DNA from: Akkermansiaceae bacterium
Lineage (GTDB): Bacteria > Verrucomicrobiota > Verrucomicrobiia > Verrucomicrobiales > Akkermansiaceae
Length of the DNA stretch: 64,000 nucleotides
Direction: 5' to 3'
Assembly: GCA_049632765.1 (NCBI GenBank)
Contig: JBNACB010000006.1
Coordinates: 53 to 64,052 of the forward strand
Shown here piece after piece: positions 9,482 through 18,255 of this stretch. The first letter of the stretch is position 1; each line of letters starts with the position of its first letter. The notes beneath the pieces are model-generated. The model was not told the DNA's origin. It was given only the letters and a program-made list of their open reading frames with translations, and did not search any database. Position numbers and translations under genes: made by a program.

Positions 9482-10324
9482 ATGAAACCCCGGCTCCTTG
9501 CCGCCGTGTTAGGCCTTGGCTTCGTCACTGTCTCGGAAGCTTCCACGATTTTCGACATCGAGATTGTCTTTGACGGCTCGAGCACGTTCACCGCATCCCA
9601 ACAAGCGGCCTTCACCACCGCTGCCGACACCTGGGAAAGCTTGATCATTGACTACAAGACACTCAGCGTACCAATCGGCACCAAGCTCACCATTACGGCC
9701 AACAACCCCGGAATCGATGGAGTTGGCGGAACACTCGGCTCGGCTGGCCCGACATATGGCAATACCTTCGGGGGCTCTTATTTATATGCGACTGCCGGAA
9801 GCATGAGCTTTGACTCTGCCGATGTGAATGCTCTTGAACTGGCCGGAACATTCGGTGATGTCATTCTCCATGAGATGGGGCATGTCATAGGTATTGGCAC
9901 CTTGTGGAGCTCCTCTGCTGTTGGCTTGCCAGGCTATCAGGAACTCTATGTCGCCGGGAGTGGCAAATACACAGGTGAGATTGGACTTGCCGCTTTCCAG
10001 CAGGAGTTTGTGGGTCAGGAATCCGCCACTTTCGTGCCCGTCGAACTCGGTGGAGGCCCCGGCACAGCTGATGGTCACTGGAACGAGGGAGACGGGGGCT
10101 TTGCAACCGGCATCACCCGTGTCAGCGACGGCCAGGACATGAATTTGATGCTCATGAGTGGCTGGCTGAACCCGGATAGCTACATCAGCGACACGACCCT
10201 TGGGTCATTCGAGGATCTGGGATACAATACAACCCTCGTGCTTGCTGCCGTACCAGAGCCAGCCAGCGCTATTCTGCTCCTGGCAGGTTTTCTTGGCCTG
10301 ACAATGCGCCGTCATCGCTCCTAG
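9482..10324 (+). CDS. PEP-CTERM-sorted leishmanolysin (M8)-like zinc metalloprotease
   Basis: Signal peptide MKPRLLAAVLGLGFVTVSEA. HEMGHVIGIG, a distal GHWNE and LMSGW. C-terminal VPEP + hydrophobic helix + RRHRS. The ATG at 9482 is used because the longer ORF start (9257) overlaps the upstream gene. Confidence 0.85.
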   Translation: MKPRLLAAVLGLGFVTVSEASTIFDIEIVFDGSSTFTASQQAAFTTAADTWESLIIDYKTLSVPIGTKLTITANNPGIDGVGGTLGSAGPTYGNTFGGSYLYATAGSMSFDSADVNALELAGTFGDVILHEMGHVIGIGTLWSSSAVGLPGYQELYVAGSGKYTGEIGLAAFQQEFVGQESATFVPVELGGGPGTADGHWNEGDGGFATGITRVSDGQDMNLMLMSGWLNPDSYISDTTLGSFEDLGYNTTLVLAAVPEPASAILLLAGFLGLTMRRHRS

Positions 10325-10349
10325 CGGACAGTAAAGGCTCGGGTCGAAT

Positions 10350-10706
10350 TTATTCCACAAGCCCCATGGATTTGGCTTTGTCCATGGGGATCGCCTTGGC
10401 CTGACACACTTGCTGCCAGCCCGGGAAGTTCCACCTGTTGGGAAAGCCACGGCATTGCTCAGGTTTCACCGGGTTGATGCGGCAAGCGTTGCCCTCGAGC
10501 ATGATGCATTCATGGTTGTCCCGCTCGATGAGGGAGAGGCCACTCCGGTTGGTTCGAAGGCGGGTGTATTGGTCAATAAATGCCTGGCTATCCATACTGA
10601 GGAATGCGGCAATCTTCTCAATCTCCTCGTCTTCCAGTCGCACATCCCCCGGCCACTTACAACAGGCCGTGCAGCGATCACACTGATACCATACGTCCTT
10701 TTCCAT
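10350..10706 (-). CDS. YkgJ-family cysteine cluster protein
   Basis: CDRCTACC and C..L..N.C.I..VKPEQCRGFP motifs; start placed at MEKDVW. Confidence 0.85.
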   Translation of the reverse strand: MEKDVWYQCDRCTACCKWPGDVRLEDEEIEKIAAFLSMDSQAFIDQYTRLRTNRSGLSLIERDNHECIMLEGNACRINPVKPEQCRGFPNRWNFPGWQQVCQAKAIPMDKAKSMGLVE

Positions 10707-10749
10707 CGACCAAAAATCCATGAGCACACCCCAGCACCTTTCAATCCAG

Positions 10750-11787
10750 TCAGGATGCCGGAATGCGCAACCTTCTTCCCACCGTGATGACGTCTCCGTT
10801 GAGGCCATTCGCGCGTCGCAGTGCGGCAACAGAGGTTTTAAACTTTAGCGAGATGCCCCAGAGGGTGTCCCCTTTCTGAACAATATGATAGCGATAGGGC
10901 GGCTGGCCCGATGATGACTGGGAACTGGAGGCAGAGCGACTTGAGCTGGCAGGAGCTGATACAATCATACCATGGCTATTGAGCGCCGGAGTGGAGCGGT
11001 ATGGCTTTGGCCCGTCTTCTGGAGATGGTTTCTCAACGCTTTGATAGTATTTGTTGACCTTGGCTAAAAACCACTTCCACTTGGCACCTGGACGTCCATT
11101 GTCCAGAAGGTAGTGAGGACAGTTTTTATGGCTGGGGCTCAAACCCCGGCGCGGCCAATGATAATGCGGAACCACCTTCCTGAGCGGAATATCGTGCTCA
11201 TGCATCAGATAGGCAGTTAATTTGGCTGTCCTTTCTATGGTGGCAGAGCGGCTATTGCCCCTGTTTTCGCACATTTCAATACCGATCGAGTAGCGATTGC
11301 CCGGTCCACTGAAGTCAGCATGCTCACCCTGCTCACTGGTCGGCAAGTGCTGCACCACGCGGTCCTCATCAACCGTGAAATGCCACACAAGGTAACCGAT
11401 GCGATTTCCTCCTCGGCGTTTGCGCGATCTCAGCTTGCCGTTTTTAAGGGCTTCCGAATGCTTCAAGGCATCTGCTCCGCTTGAAAAGTTCTGCGTGCTG
11501 TGAATCGTGATATAACGCGGATCCATGCTGCGGTGATATTTGCGTGCGTGCCGTCCACGCGGAATTAAATCCTTCTTCACATTGGCCTCGCGGTAGAGCG
11601 TGGCCGGGCTTTTCAAGGAAGTGGGGGGCACAAAACGAGGAGCGAGGGATGCGGTCGCACCATAGTCAGCACCGGCGCCAGATTGCTTGCGCATGGTGCT
11701 TGAATCCGAAGAAGAGCAGCTTGGCAGCAAGCATATGACGCTGGAAAACATCACCAACTTCAATATGCCCTCTAAATGATGCTGCAT
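10750..11787 (-). CDS. N-acetylmuramoyl-L-alanine amidase (Amidase_2) lipoprotein with C-terminal LysM
   Basis: Lipobox-like LLPSC. Zn-amidase motifs ITIHST, WHFTVD, SIGIEMC, VVPH and KNCP. Ser-rich linker, then LysM (HIVQKGDTLWGIS...LRRANGL..D.I.VG..LRIP). Confidence 0.9.
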   Translation of the reverse strand: MQHHLEGILKLVMFSSVICLLPSCSSSDSSTMRKQSGAGADYGATASLAPRFVPPTSLKSPATLYREANVKKDLIPRGRHARKYHRSMDPRYITIHSTQNFSSGADALKHSEALKNGKLRSRKRRGGNRIGYLVWHFTVDEDRVVQHLPTSEQGEHADFSGPGNRYSIGIEMCENRGNSRSATIERTAKLTAYLMHEHDIPLRKVVPHYHWPRRGLSPSHKNCPHYLLDNGRPGAKWKWFLAKVNKYYQSVEKPSPEDGPKPYRSTPALNSHGMIVSAPASSSRSASSSQSSSGQPPYRYHIVQKGDTLWGISLKFKTSVAALRRANGLNGDVITVGRRLRIPAS

Positions 11788-11883
11788 GGCTTACCAATAA
11801 CCTATAATACCGTCTGGCGAAAGGGCCCATTTCACATATTTGATCAATCCCCTGACAAATCCGCATATTGGCCATCTAGTCAC

Positions 11884-11912
11884 TTGCCCTTCAAGCCAGA
11901 CAGCGGTATAGC
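11884..11912 (+). promoter_or_regulatory. Putative sigma70 promoter of mfd
   Basis: TTGCCC (11884-11889)-N17-TATAGC (11907-11912). Confidence 0.45.
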
Positions 11913-14900
11913 GTGCCACCGGTGTCAGAAACGACCCCCACCCAAAGTTCGGTTTCCCCTTCACCCTCTGGGCTCAACCCGGGAATTTCCGAAGCCTGCA
12001 GTTCCGTCTCATTGAAGAAACGGCTGGATGCCCTTGTACAGCGGCCAAAAGACGATCCGGCTCCCTCGTTTGATGCCGTGGATGATTCCGCCCAATCATT
12101 TGTTGCCGCTCTGGCCTGTCACCGGATGCAGCAGAGAGACACAAACAGCCGGGTCTGGTTCACACATCCGAACCCGAGAACCAGAGACCGCATGGCCTCA
12201 GAAATGGATTTATGGGGTGTTAAGGCTCTGGTCCTGCCAGAGTTACCCTCCGATGACAATCAGGGCGTTCATACAGCTCCAGAAACACTTGCGGCCCGTC
12301 TCGCAATCATGAACCAAATCTGCTCAAGGGCGGTTGGGACAAAACCAGAAATACTGATTTTATCACCCGACTCCCTCCACGATGCCAGCCCATCACCGGA
12401 AGCCCTGAGGAATGCCTCTATGAGGCTTGCGGTCGGGGAATCGCTTGACCCGGAATCCATGGAGCAAAAGATGGTCGCCAGTGGATATGAGCGCGTCAGT
12501 CAGGTTCATGCGCATGGTCAGCTGGCCCGCCGCGGCGGAATCATGGATATTTTCTCTTGGCACGCAGAGGCCCCTTTGAGAATTGAATTCTTTGATACGG
12601 AAATTGAATCACTGCGCAAATTTGACATCGATTCGCAAATATCCACCCAGCGTGTCACAAATGCTCAAATCACCCTCTCCAACTCTGAGCAGACCGGATG
12701 TCTCGCCGACTACTTTGGTAATAACGACCGTCTCTTGGCAGCTGGAGATCAAACCCCTGATCGCTTTGATGCCTGCATCACCAATGCCGACGATGCCACT
12801 CTCACACCACTCTGTGCGGGCACACCCCTTGGAAGATTCGAAGCCGGTGATTTCATTCTCAATGAAACACGCCGTCATCGCTTCTTTCAACAAATAGCCG
12901 ACTGGCGATCAGACAATTGGCGTATCTTCATTACCTTCTCCAATGTGGGCGAGAAAGAACGTTTCACGGAGCTCGTGGCTGATGATTTTTTCCACTCCTC
13001 TGAGATCACTCCGCTATTTGGAGAGCTGGTTCAAGGATTCACCGTCCCGGGTGCCAAACTGGCCTTTATCTCATCTGCTGAATTATTCGGCAGGTATCAG
13101 ACACCACAAACCCGGCGCAAGAGCAATCACCTCGACCACCAGCGCAGAGCGCGGGCGCAAACGGCACTGGAGGATATTGAGCATGAGGATCTCGTCGTTC
13201 ATGCAGAATATGGAATCGGCAGGTATCTGGGCATTGAGAGCAATGATGAAGGCCACGAGGAAATCCACATCGGTTACCATGGGGGCAGCACATTGAGCGT
13301 TCCATTGGATCAGTCTCACCTGCTCAGCAAGTATGTGGGGCTGGGAGGCAAAGAGCCTGAGCTCACAAAACTCGGAACTGCCTCATGGGGAAAAGCACGC
13401 AAATCTGCGGAAAAATCCATCTTGGATTATGCGGCCAAGCTGCTGCAAATGCAGGCGCAGAGAGAAACCATGCAAGGATACGCGCATCCTCCGGACTCTC
13501 GCTGGATGTGGGAGTTTGAAAATTCATTCCACCATACCCTTACCCCGGGACAGAGAGACGCCATTGAAGACACCAAACTTGATATGGAGTCAGACAAGCC
13601 CATGGACAGGCTCATCTGTGGAGATGTCGGCTTTGGTAAAACGGAGGTCGCCATCAGGGCGGCATTCAAAGCTGTCACAGGTGGCAAGCAAGCAGCAGTT
13701 CTTGTGCCCACCACAGTGCTCGCAGAGCAACACTGGCGCAACTTTCGTGAGCGAATGAGTGATTACCCGCTGCGCATTGAGCTTCTCAACAGGTTCCGCA
13801 AAGCCAGCGAGGTAAGGGAAATCCTGGAGGGCCTCAAAAACGGCTCCGTCGACATTGTCATCGGAACGCACCGCCTCATTTCCAAGGATGTCAGCTACAA
13901 AGATCTCGGAATCGCCATCATTGACGAGGAACAGCGCTTTGGCGTCAAACACAAGGAACGATTCAAGGAGATGTTTCGCAATATTGATGTCCTTACCCTC
14001 TCCGCAACCCCCATTCCAAGGACGCTGTACCTATCACTCATGGGTGCACGTGACATGTCTTCGATTGATACTCCACTACCCGGCAAGGTTCCCATTAACA
14101 CCTCTATCCACGGCTATGATGAGCGTATCATCCGCGATTCCATTCGCCGTGAGCTCAAGCGGGGCGGGCAAATTTTTTTCCTGCACAACCGGGTTCATAG
14201 CATCAATCAGATGAAGTCCATGCTTGAGAACATCGTGCCGGAGGCCAGTTGCGTGGTTGGTCATGGTCAAATGGAGAAAGACGAGCTCGAGGTGGTCATG
14301 CGCAGCTTTGTTCAGGGCAAGGCCGACATCTTGTTGGCCACGACCATCATTGAGAGCGGTATTGATATACCCAATGCAAATACTATCATCATAGATCGTG
14401 CAGATCGTTTTGGTTTGGCTGATCTCTACCAGCTCCGTGGTCGTGTTGGCAGGGCAGGAGGACAGGCCTATGCCGTGCTGCTATTGCCCAGAGATTTAAT
14501 CAATGGCGATGCACGCAAGCGAATCAATGCCATTCAGCAATACACCGCTCTGGGTTCAGGCTTTAAGATTGCGATGCGTGACCTGGAGATACGTGGTGCG
14601 GGCAATCTCCTGGGCACCAAACAATCGGGGCACATTGCCGCGGTAGGCTTTGATTTGTATTGCCAGCTCCTGCGCCAATCCATCGACCAACTCAGCCAGG
14701 GCAGCTCATCTCCGAGGGTGGATGTGACCTTGCGTGCTGATTTCCTGTCGTTTAATGAACTCGATATAGATTCCGAGCATGAGGAGCACGAGGTGCTCAC
14801 GGCTTATCTGCCAGCCCACTACATGCCGGAGGCCAGATTGCGCATTTCTGCCTACAAAGAACTAGCGGGGCTTGTCTCTCTCAAAGAGCTCAAGTCCCTC

Positions 14901-15146
14901 CGGGTCAGATGGCAAGACCGCTTTGGCAAACCTGCAGCACCCGTGGAACACCTCCTCCTTGTCACTGAACTCAAACTGGCAGCTGCCAAGGCCAACATCA
15001 GCAGTATTGAAATCCGCGAGGACCGCCTGATGCTGACAAGGAACGCTCAATACATCTTCCTCGCCGGCAAGCGCTTCCCCCGCCTCACAGCCTCGAGCCC
15101 ACTGGATAAAATCCACGAGGCAGTCGAAATGCTCAAATCGATATGA
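11913..15146 (+). CDS. mfd: Transcription-repair coupling factor
   Basis: RID (LVVH.EYGIGRY.G), GDVGFGKT, DEEQRFG, TLSATPIPRTL, QLRGRVGR, DLEIRGAGNLLG and TRCF domain. The in-frame GTG at 11922 may be the real start. Confidence 0.95.
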   Translation: MPPVSETTPTQSSVSPSPSGLNPGISEACSSVSLKKRLDALVQRPKDDPAPSFDAVDDSAQSFVAALACHRMQQRDTNSRVWFTHPNPRTRDRMASEMDLWGVKALVLPELPSDDNQGVHTAPETLAARLAIMNQICSRAVGTKPEILILSPDSLHDASPSPEALRNASMRLAVGESLDPESMEQKMVASGYERVSQVHAHGQLARRGGIMDIFSWHAEAPLRIEFFDTEIESLRKFDIDSQISTQRVTNAQITLSNSEQTGCLADYFGNNDRLLAAGDQTPDRFDACITNADDATLTPLCAGTPLGRFEAGDFILNETRRHRFFQQIADWRSDNWRIFITFSNVGEKERFTELVADDFFHSSEITPLFGELVQGFTVPGAKLAFISSAELFGRYQTPQTRRKSNHLDHQRRARAQTALEDIEHEDLVVHAEYGIGRYLGIESNDEGHEEIHIGYHGGSTLSVPLDQSHLLSKYVGLGGKEPELTKLGTASWGKARKSAEKSILDYAAKLLQMQAQRETMQGYAHPPDSRWMWEFENSFHHTLTPGQRDAIEDTKLDMESDKPMDRLICGDVGFGKTEVAIRAAFKAVTGGKQAAVLVPTTVLAEQHWRNFRERMSDYPLRIELLNRFRKASEVREILEGLKNGSVDIVIGTHRLISKDVSYKDLGIAIIDEEQRFGVKHKERFKEMFRNIDVLTLSATPIPRTLYLSLMGARDMSSIDTPLPGKVPINTSIHGYDERIIRDSIRRELKRGGQIFFLHNRVHSINQMKSMLENIVPEASCVVGHGQMEKDELEVVMRSFVQGKADILLATTIIESGIDIPNANTIIIDRADRFGLADLYQLRGRVGRAGGQAYAVLLLPRDLINGDARKRINAIQQYTALGSGFKIAMRDLEIRGAGNLLGTKQSGHIAAVGFDLYCQLLRQSIDQLSQGSSSPRVDVTLRADFLSFNELDIDSEHEEHEVLTAYLPAHYMPEARLRISAYKELAGLVSLKELKSLRVRWQDRFGKPAAPVEHLLLVTELKLAAAKANISSIEIREDRLMLTRNAQYIFLAGKRFPRLTASSPLDKIHEAVEMLKSI

Positions 15147-15333
15147 CGATCGCAGCGCTGACTCCCGTTGATGCGAAACCATGCTCGCGAGTCTACTCGA
15201 AAGCCGCAAGATAACATAATATTTAGCTTTGATGCAGGTCATAATGAGCTATGAGTTTGGGTAGCTTTTCACCCTTTTTGAGCATCCCACATTCCTTCAA
15301 GCAAATACCACTGATCCGAATCATCGCCATCCC

Positions 15334-16332
15334 ATGATTATCTTCCATCGCATTCTGTGCCTGTCATCTGTTGTCATACTCACACTGATAAGCTCACATG
15401 CTTCCGCGCGTGAAGTGACGGGCATTGCAGCCAAGGTCAACGGCCGTGTCATCACCAAAAATGAATTAAGTTATCACCTGACACCTTACCGCCAACAACT
15501 GGATGCACAGATGCCCCGGAAAGGAGCGAAATATTACGAACTCCTCGACAAAGCCCGAAATGAGATTCTCGACAACCTCATTGAGCGGGAGTTGATTCTT
15601 TCTGAATTCAGAGTGCGCACAGGTGACCGACAGCTTCCCGCCTACACCATTGATCAGGAGATTGATCGGCAGATCCGGGAGCTCTACAATAACAACCGCT
15701 CTGAGTTTAACAAGGCACTGCGCCTTGCTGGCCTCACTGCCGTCCAACATCGGCGTGAGGTTGAAAAAAAACTCATTGTTCAGGCCATGCGGTCCCAGCA
15801 ATTTAAGAGCTCCAGCCCACCAATGCCCAGAGAAGTGCAGGCGGAATACAATGAGCATAAGTCCAAGATGCGCGACATTACCGGCGATGCGCTTGAATTT
15901 CACAAAATCTACATCTCAAAGACCGATCCATCCAATGCGCTCGTGACCCCGGAGACCCAGCTCCAGCTTGCCGAGGACATTCTGGCACGCTTGAAAAAAG
16001 GCGCAGACTTTGAAGGACTGGCCAAGGAATATTCTGTGGATTCGTATGCGCAAGATGGTGGTAAGGTCGGAAAAACCAAACGCACTGACCTTTCACCTGC
16101 CTTTGCAGCCATTCTCATGGAAACGCCGATTGGCGAAATACTCGGACCCCTCGAGGATAGCAGGGGTTATACCATCGTTAGGCTCGACCAAAAACACTTC
16201 GGCCCCACTCCTTCTTTCAGTAAGGTAAAGAAGCAAATGGAGTCGCGCGTTCGGAGCCGCAAAAACAAAGATAAAAACGATCGTTGGATTGAGCGCCTTA
16301 AGACGAATGCCATGATCGAGAAAAAAATCTAA
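15334..16332 (+). CDS. SurA/PrsA-like periplasmic peptidyl-prolyl isomerase (parvulin)
   Basis: Signal peptide, IAAKVNGRVIT SurA-N motif and parvulin segment GADFEGLAKEYS.D..A..GG..G. Confidence 0.85.
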   Translation: MIIFHRILCLSSVVILTLISSHASAREVTGIAAKVNGRVITKNELSYHLTPYRQQLDAQMPRKGAKYYELLDKARNEILDNLIERELILSEFRVRTGDRQLPAYTIDQEIDRQIRELYNNNRSEFNKALRLAGLTAVQHRREVEKKLIVQAMRSQQFKSSSPPMPREVQAEYNEHKSKMRDITGDALEFHKIYISKTDPSNALVTPETQLQLAEDILARLKKGADFEGLAKEYSVDSYAQDGGKVGKTKRTDLSPAFAAILMETPIGEILGPLEDSRGYTIVRLDQKHFGPTPSFSKVKKQMESRVRSRKNKDKNDRWIERLKTNAMIEKKI

Positions 16333-16355
16333 TTCACCTCCAACCTCCTCATTCC

Positions 16356-17135
16356 GTGCATCCAGATTCTTCCGTGTTTGATCTCTCCGGCCAGGTCGCA
16401 GTGGTGATTGGCGGCACGGGCAAGCTCTGCGGAGCAATGGGTGTTGCCATGGCCCGTGCAGGAGCAGAGGTCATCCTCGTCGGCCGCAATCCGGAGAACG
16501 CTATCGATAAACTTGCCGCCATTGATGCCTTTGGGGGCAAGTCATGGTTTCACAAGGCCGATGTAAGCAAGCGCCAAGAGATTGACGACCTGTTAACCGC
16601 TGTGCTTCTCCGCTCAGGAAAAGTGGACGTGCTTGTCAATGGTGCCGGCCTGGGTTCTGCGACTCCTTTTCTTGAAATTTCAGAGGAGGAACTCGCATTG
16701 CTGCTGGATTTGAACTTCAAGAGTGTGTTCCGGGCCTGTCAGATCTTTGGCCAGTTTTTCATCGATCACCATGAGCCCTGTAGCATTATCAACATGGGAT
16801 CCATGGCTGGCTCGATGCCTGTTTCAGGAGTATTTGGCTATGGGGCGGCAAAGGCTGCCGTGCATAATCTCACCAAAAATCTGGCGCGTGAGTGGGCCGA
16901 GCACGACATCCGCGTCAACACCCTCGTTCCCGGGTTCTTCCCCTCTGGCAAGGCTTCCCAGAAGGGTGACGAGACACGCGCCCTCGAGATTCTACGTCAC
17001 ACCCCGATGTCACGTTTCGGCACGGCCGATGAACTCACCGGTGCTACCCTGATGCTGGCTTCCAACAAGGCAGGCTCCTTTATCACTGGCACGGAAATCA
17101 CCGTTGATGGCGGCTTCTCGGCAATGACCATCTAG
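16356..17135 (+). CDS. SDR-family oxidoreductase (mannonate/gluconate dehydrogenase-like)
   Basis: VIGGTGKLCG Rossmann motif, LVNGAG, catalytic YGAAK, IRVNTLVPGFF and VDGG. Confidence 0.85.
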   Translation: MHPDSSVFDLSGQVAVVIGGTGKLCGAMGVAMARAGAEVILVGRNPENAIDKLAAIDAFGGKSWFHKADVSKRQEIDDLLTAVLLRSGKVDVLVNGAGLGSATPFLEISEEELALLLDLNFKSVFRACQIFGQFFIDHHEPCSIINMGSMAGSMPVSGVFGYGAAKAAVHNLTKNLAREWAEHDIRVNTLVPGFFPSGKASQKGDETRALEILRHTPMSRFGTADELTGATLMLASNKAGSFITGTEITVDGGFSAMTI

Positions 17136-17145
17136 ACCGCTGCCA

Positions 17146-18255
17146 TTGACGGACCTCAGATTGTATCCATTGATCGTCTACGTTCACATCCCCTTCTGTC
17201 ACCGGGTCTGCCCTTATTGTTCGTTTTACAAACACACTCCGGGTGACACCGATCAGAGAGCTTTTATAGCTGCCATTATCAAGGAGGCAGAGACATCTGC
17301 ATCTGAAATGGATCTCGCTGATATTTCCACCCTTTACCTCGGTGGCGGCACTCCCTCGATGCTATCACCCGGAAATCTCTCAGAGCTCTTTGAGGGGCTG
17401 CACAATGCCCTACCCCTGGCCAGCACCCACATCACTCTGGAGGCCAATCCCGCCACCTACAAAAACAGCAAGGCAATCTTGTTCAAGGATCTCGGCGTGA
17501 ACCGTGTCTCACTTGGCATTCAGTCCTTCTCCGACCACGTTCTCAAAACCCTTGGCCGGGAGCACAACTCGGAACAAGCAGCAGATTCAGTCAGGATCCT
17601 GCAGGAAGCCGGCGTCGATGAGATCAACATCGACCTTATGTTCTCTGTACCTGGCCAGTCTGTTTCTGACTGGGGGGATTCGCTCGACACTGCCATCTCC
17701 CTTGAACCGGATCACATCTCGGCCTATAACCTCACCTACGAGGAGGATACCCCGTTTTTTGAGCAGCTGCGCCACAATGAAGATGAATCTACCAACGCGG
17801 AGATGTTTTCCCTGGCACATGACAAACTAACCAGCGCGGGCTTTCATCACTATGAAACCTCCAACTACGCGCGCCCGGGCAAGCAGTCGAGACATAACCT
17901 CGCTTACTGGCAAGGACAGGATTACCTCGGACTGGGGCCTTCGGCTGTCTCCACCATTGCAGGCAACCGCTGGACCAATTTGCCAGACACGGCGCGCTAC
18001 ATCCAGGCAATCAACTCCATGGCTCACGCCAAATCAGATCATGAGCTGATCACGGCGGAGGCCTATCGCACAGAACGTATCGCATTGCTTCTTCGCACCT
18101 CACAAGGACTTCCCGGAAGTTACCTGGAAGAATCTCCGGACGGTGCAGTCAAACGCCTCATCGATCACGACCTCGCGGAGTTCAGGGATGGCAATCTGGT
18201 GCTCGTTGACAAGGGCACCATGCTCGTTGACAGCATCGCTGCCGAGCTACTTTAA
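17146..18255 (+). CDS. hemW: Radical SAM heme chaperone HemW
   Basis: YVHIPFCHRVCPYCSF (CxxxCxxC), YLGGGTPS, RVSLGIQSF, YETSNYA and HNLAYW. Confidence 0.9.
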   Translation: MTDLRLYPLIVYVHIPFCHRVCPYCSFYKHTPGDTDQRAFIAAIIKEAETSASEMDLADISTLYLGGGTPSMLSPGNLSELFEGLHNALPLASTHITLEANPATYKNSKAILFKDLGVNRVSLGIQSFSDHVLKTLGREHNSEQAADSVRILQEAGVDEINIDLMFSVPGQSVSDWGDSLDTAISLEPDHISAYNLTYEEDTPFFEQLRHNEDESTNAEMFSLAHDKLTSAGFHHYETSNYARPGKQSRHNLAYWQGQDYLGLGPSAVSTIAGNRWTNLPDTARYIQAINSMAHAKSDHELITAEAYRTERIALLLRTSQGLPGSYLEESPDGAVKRLIDHDLAEFRDGNLVLVDKGTMLVDSIAAELL

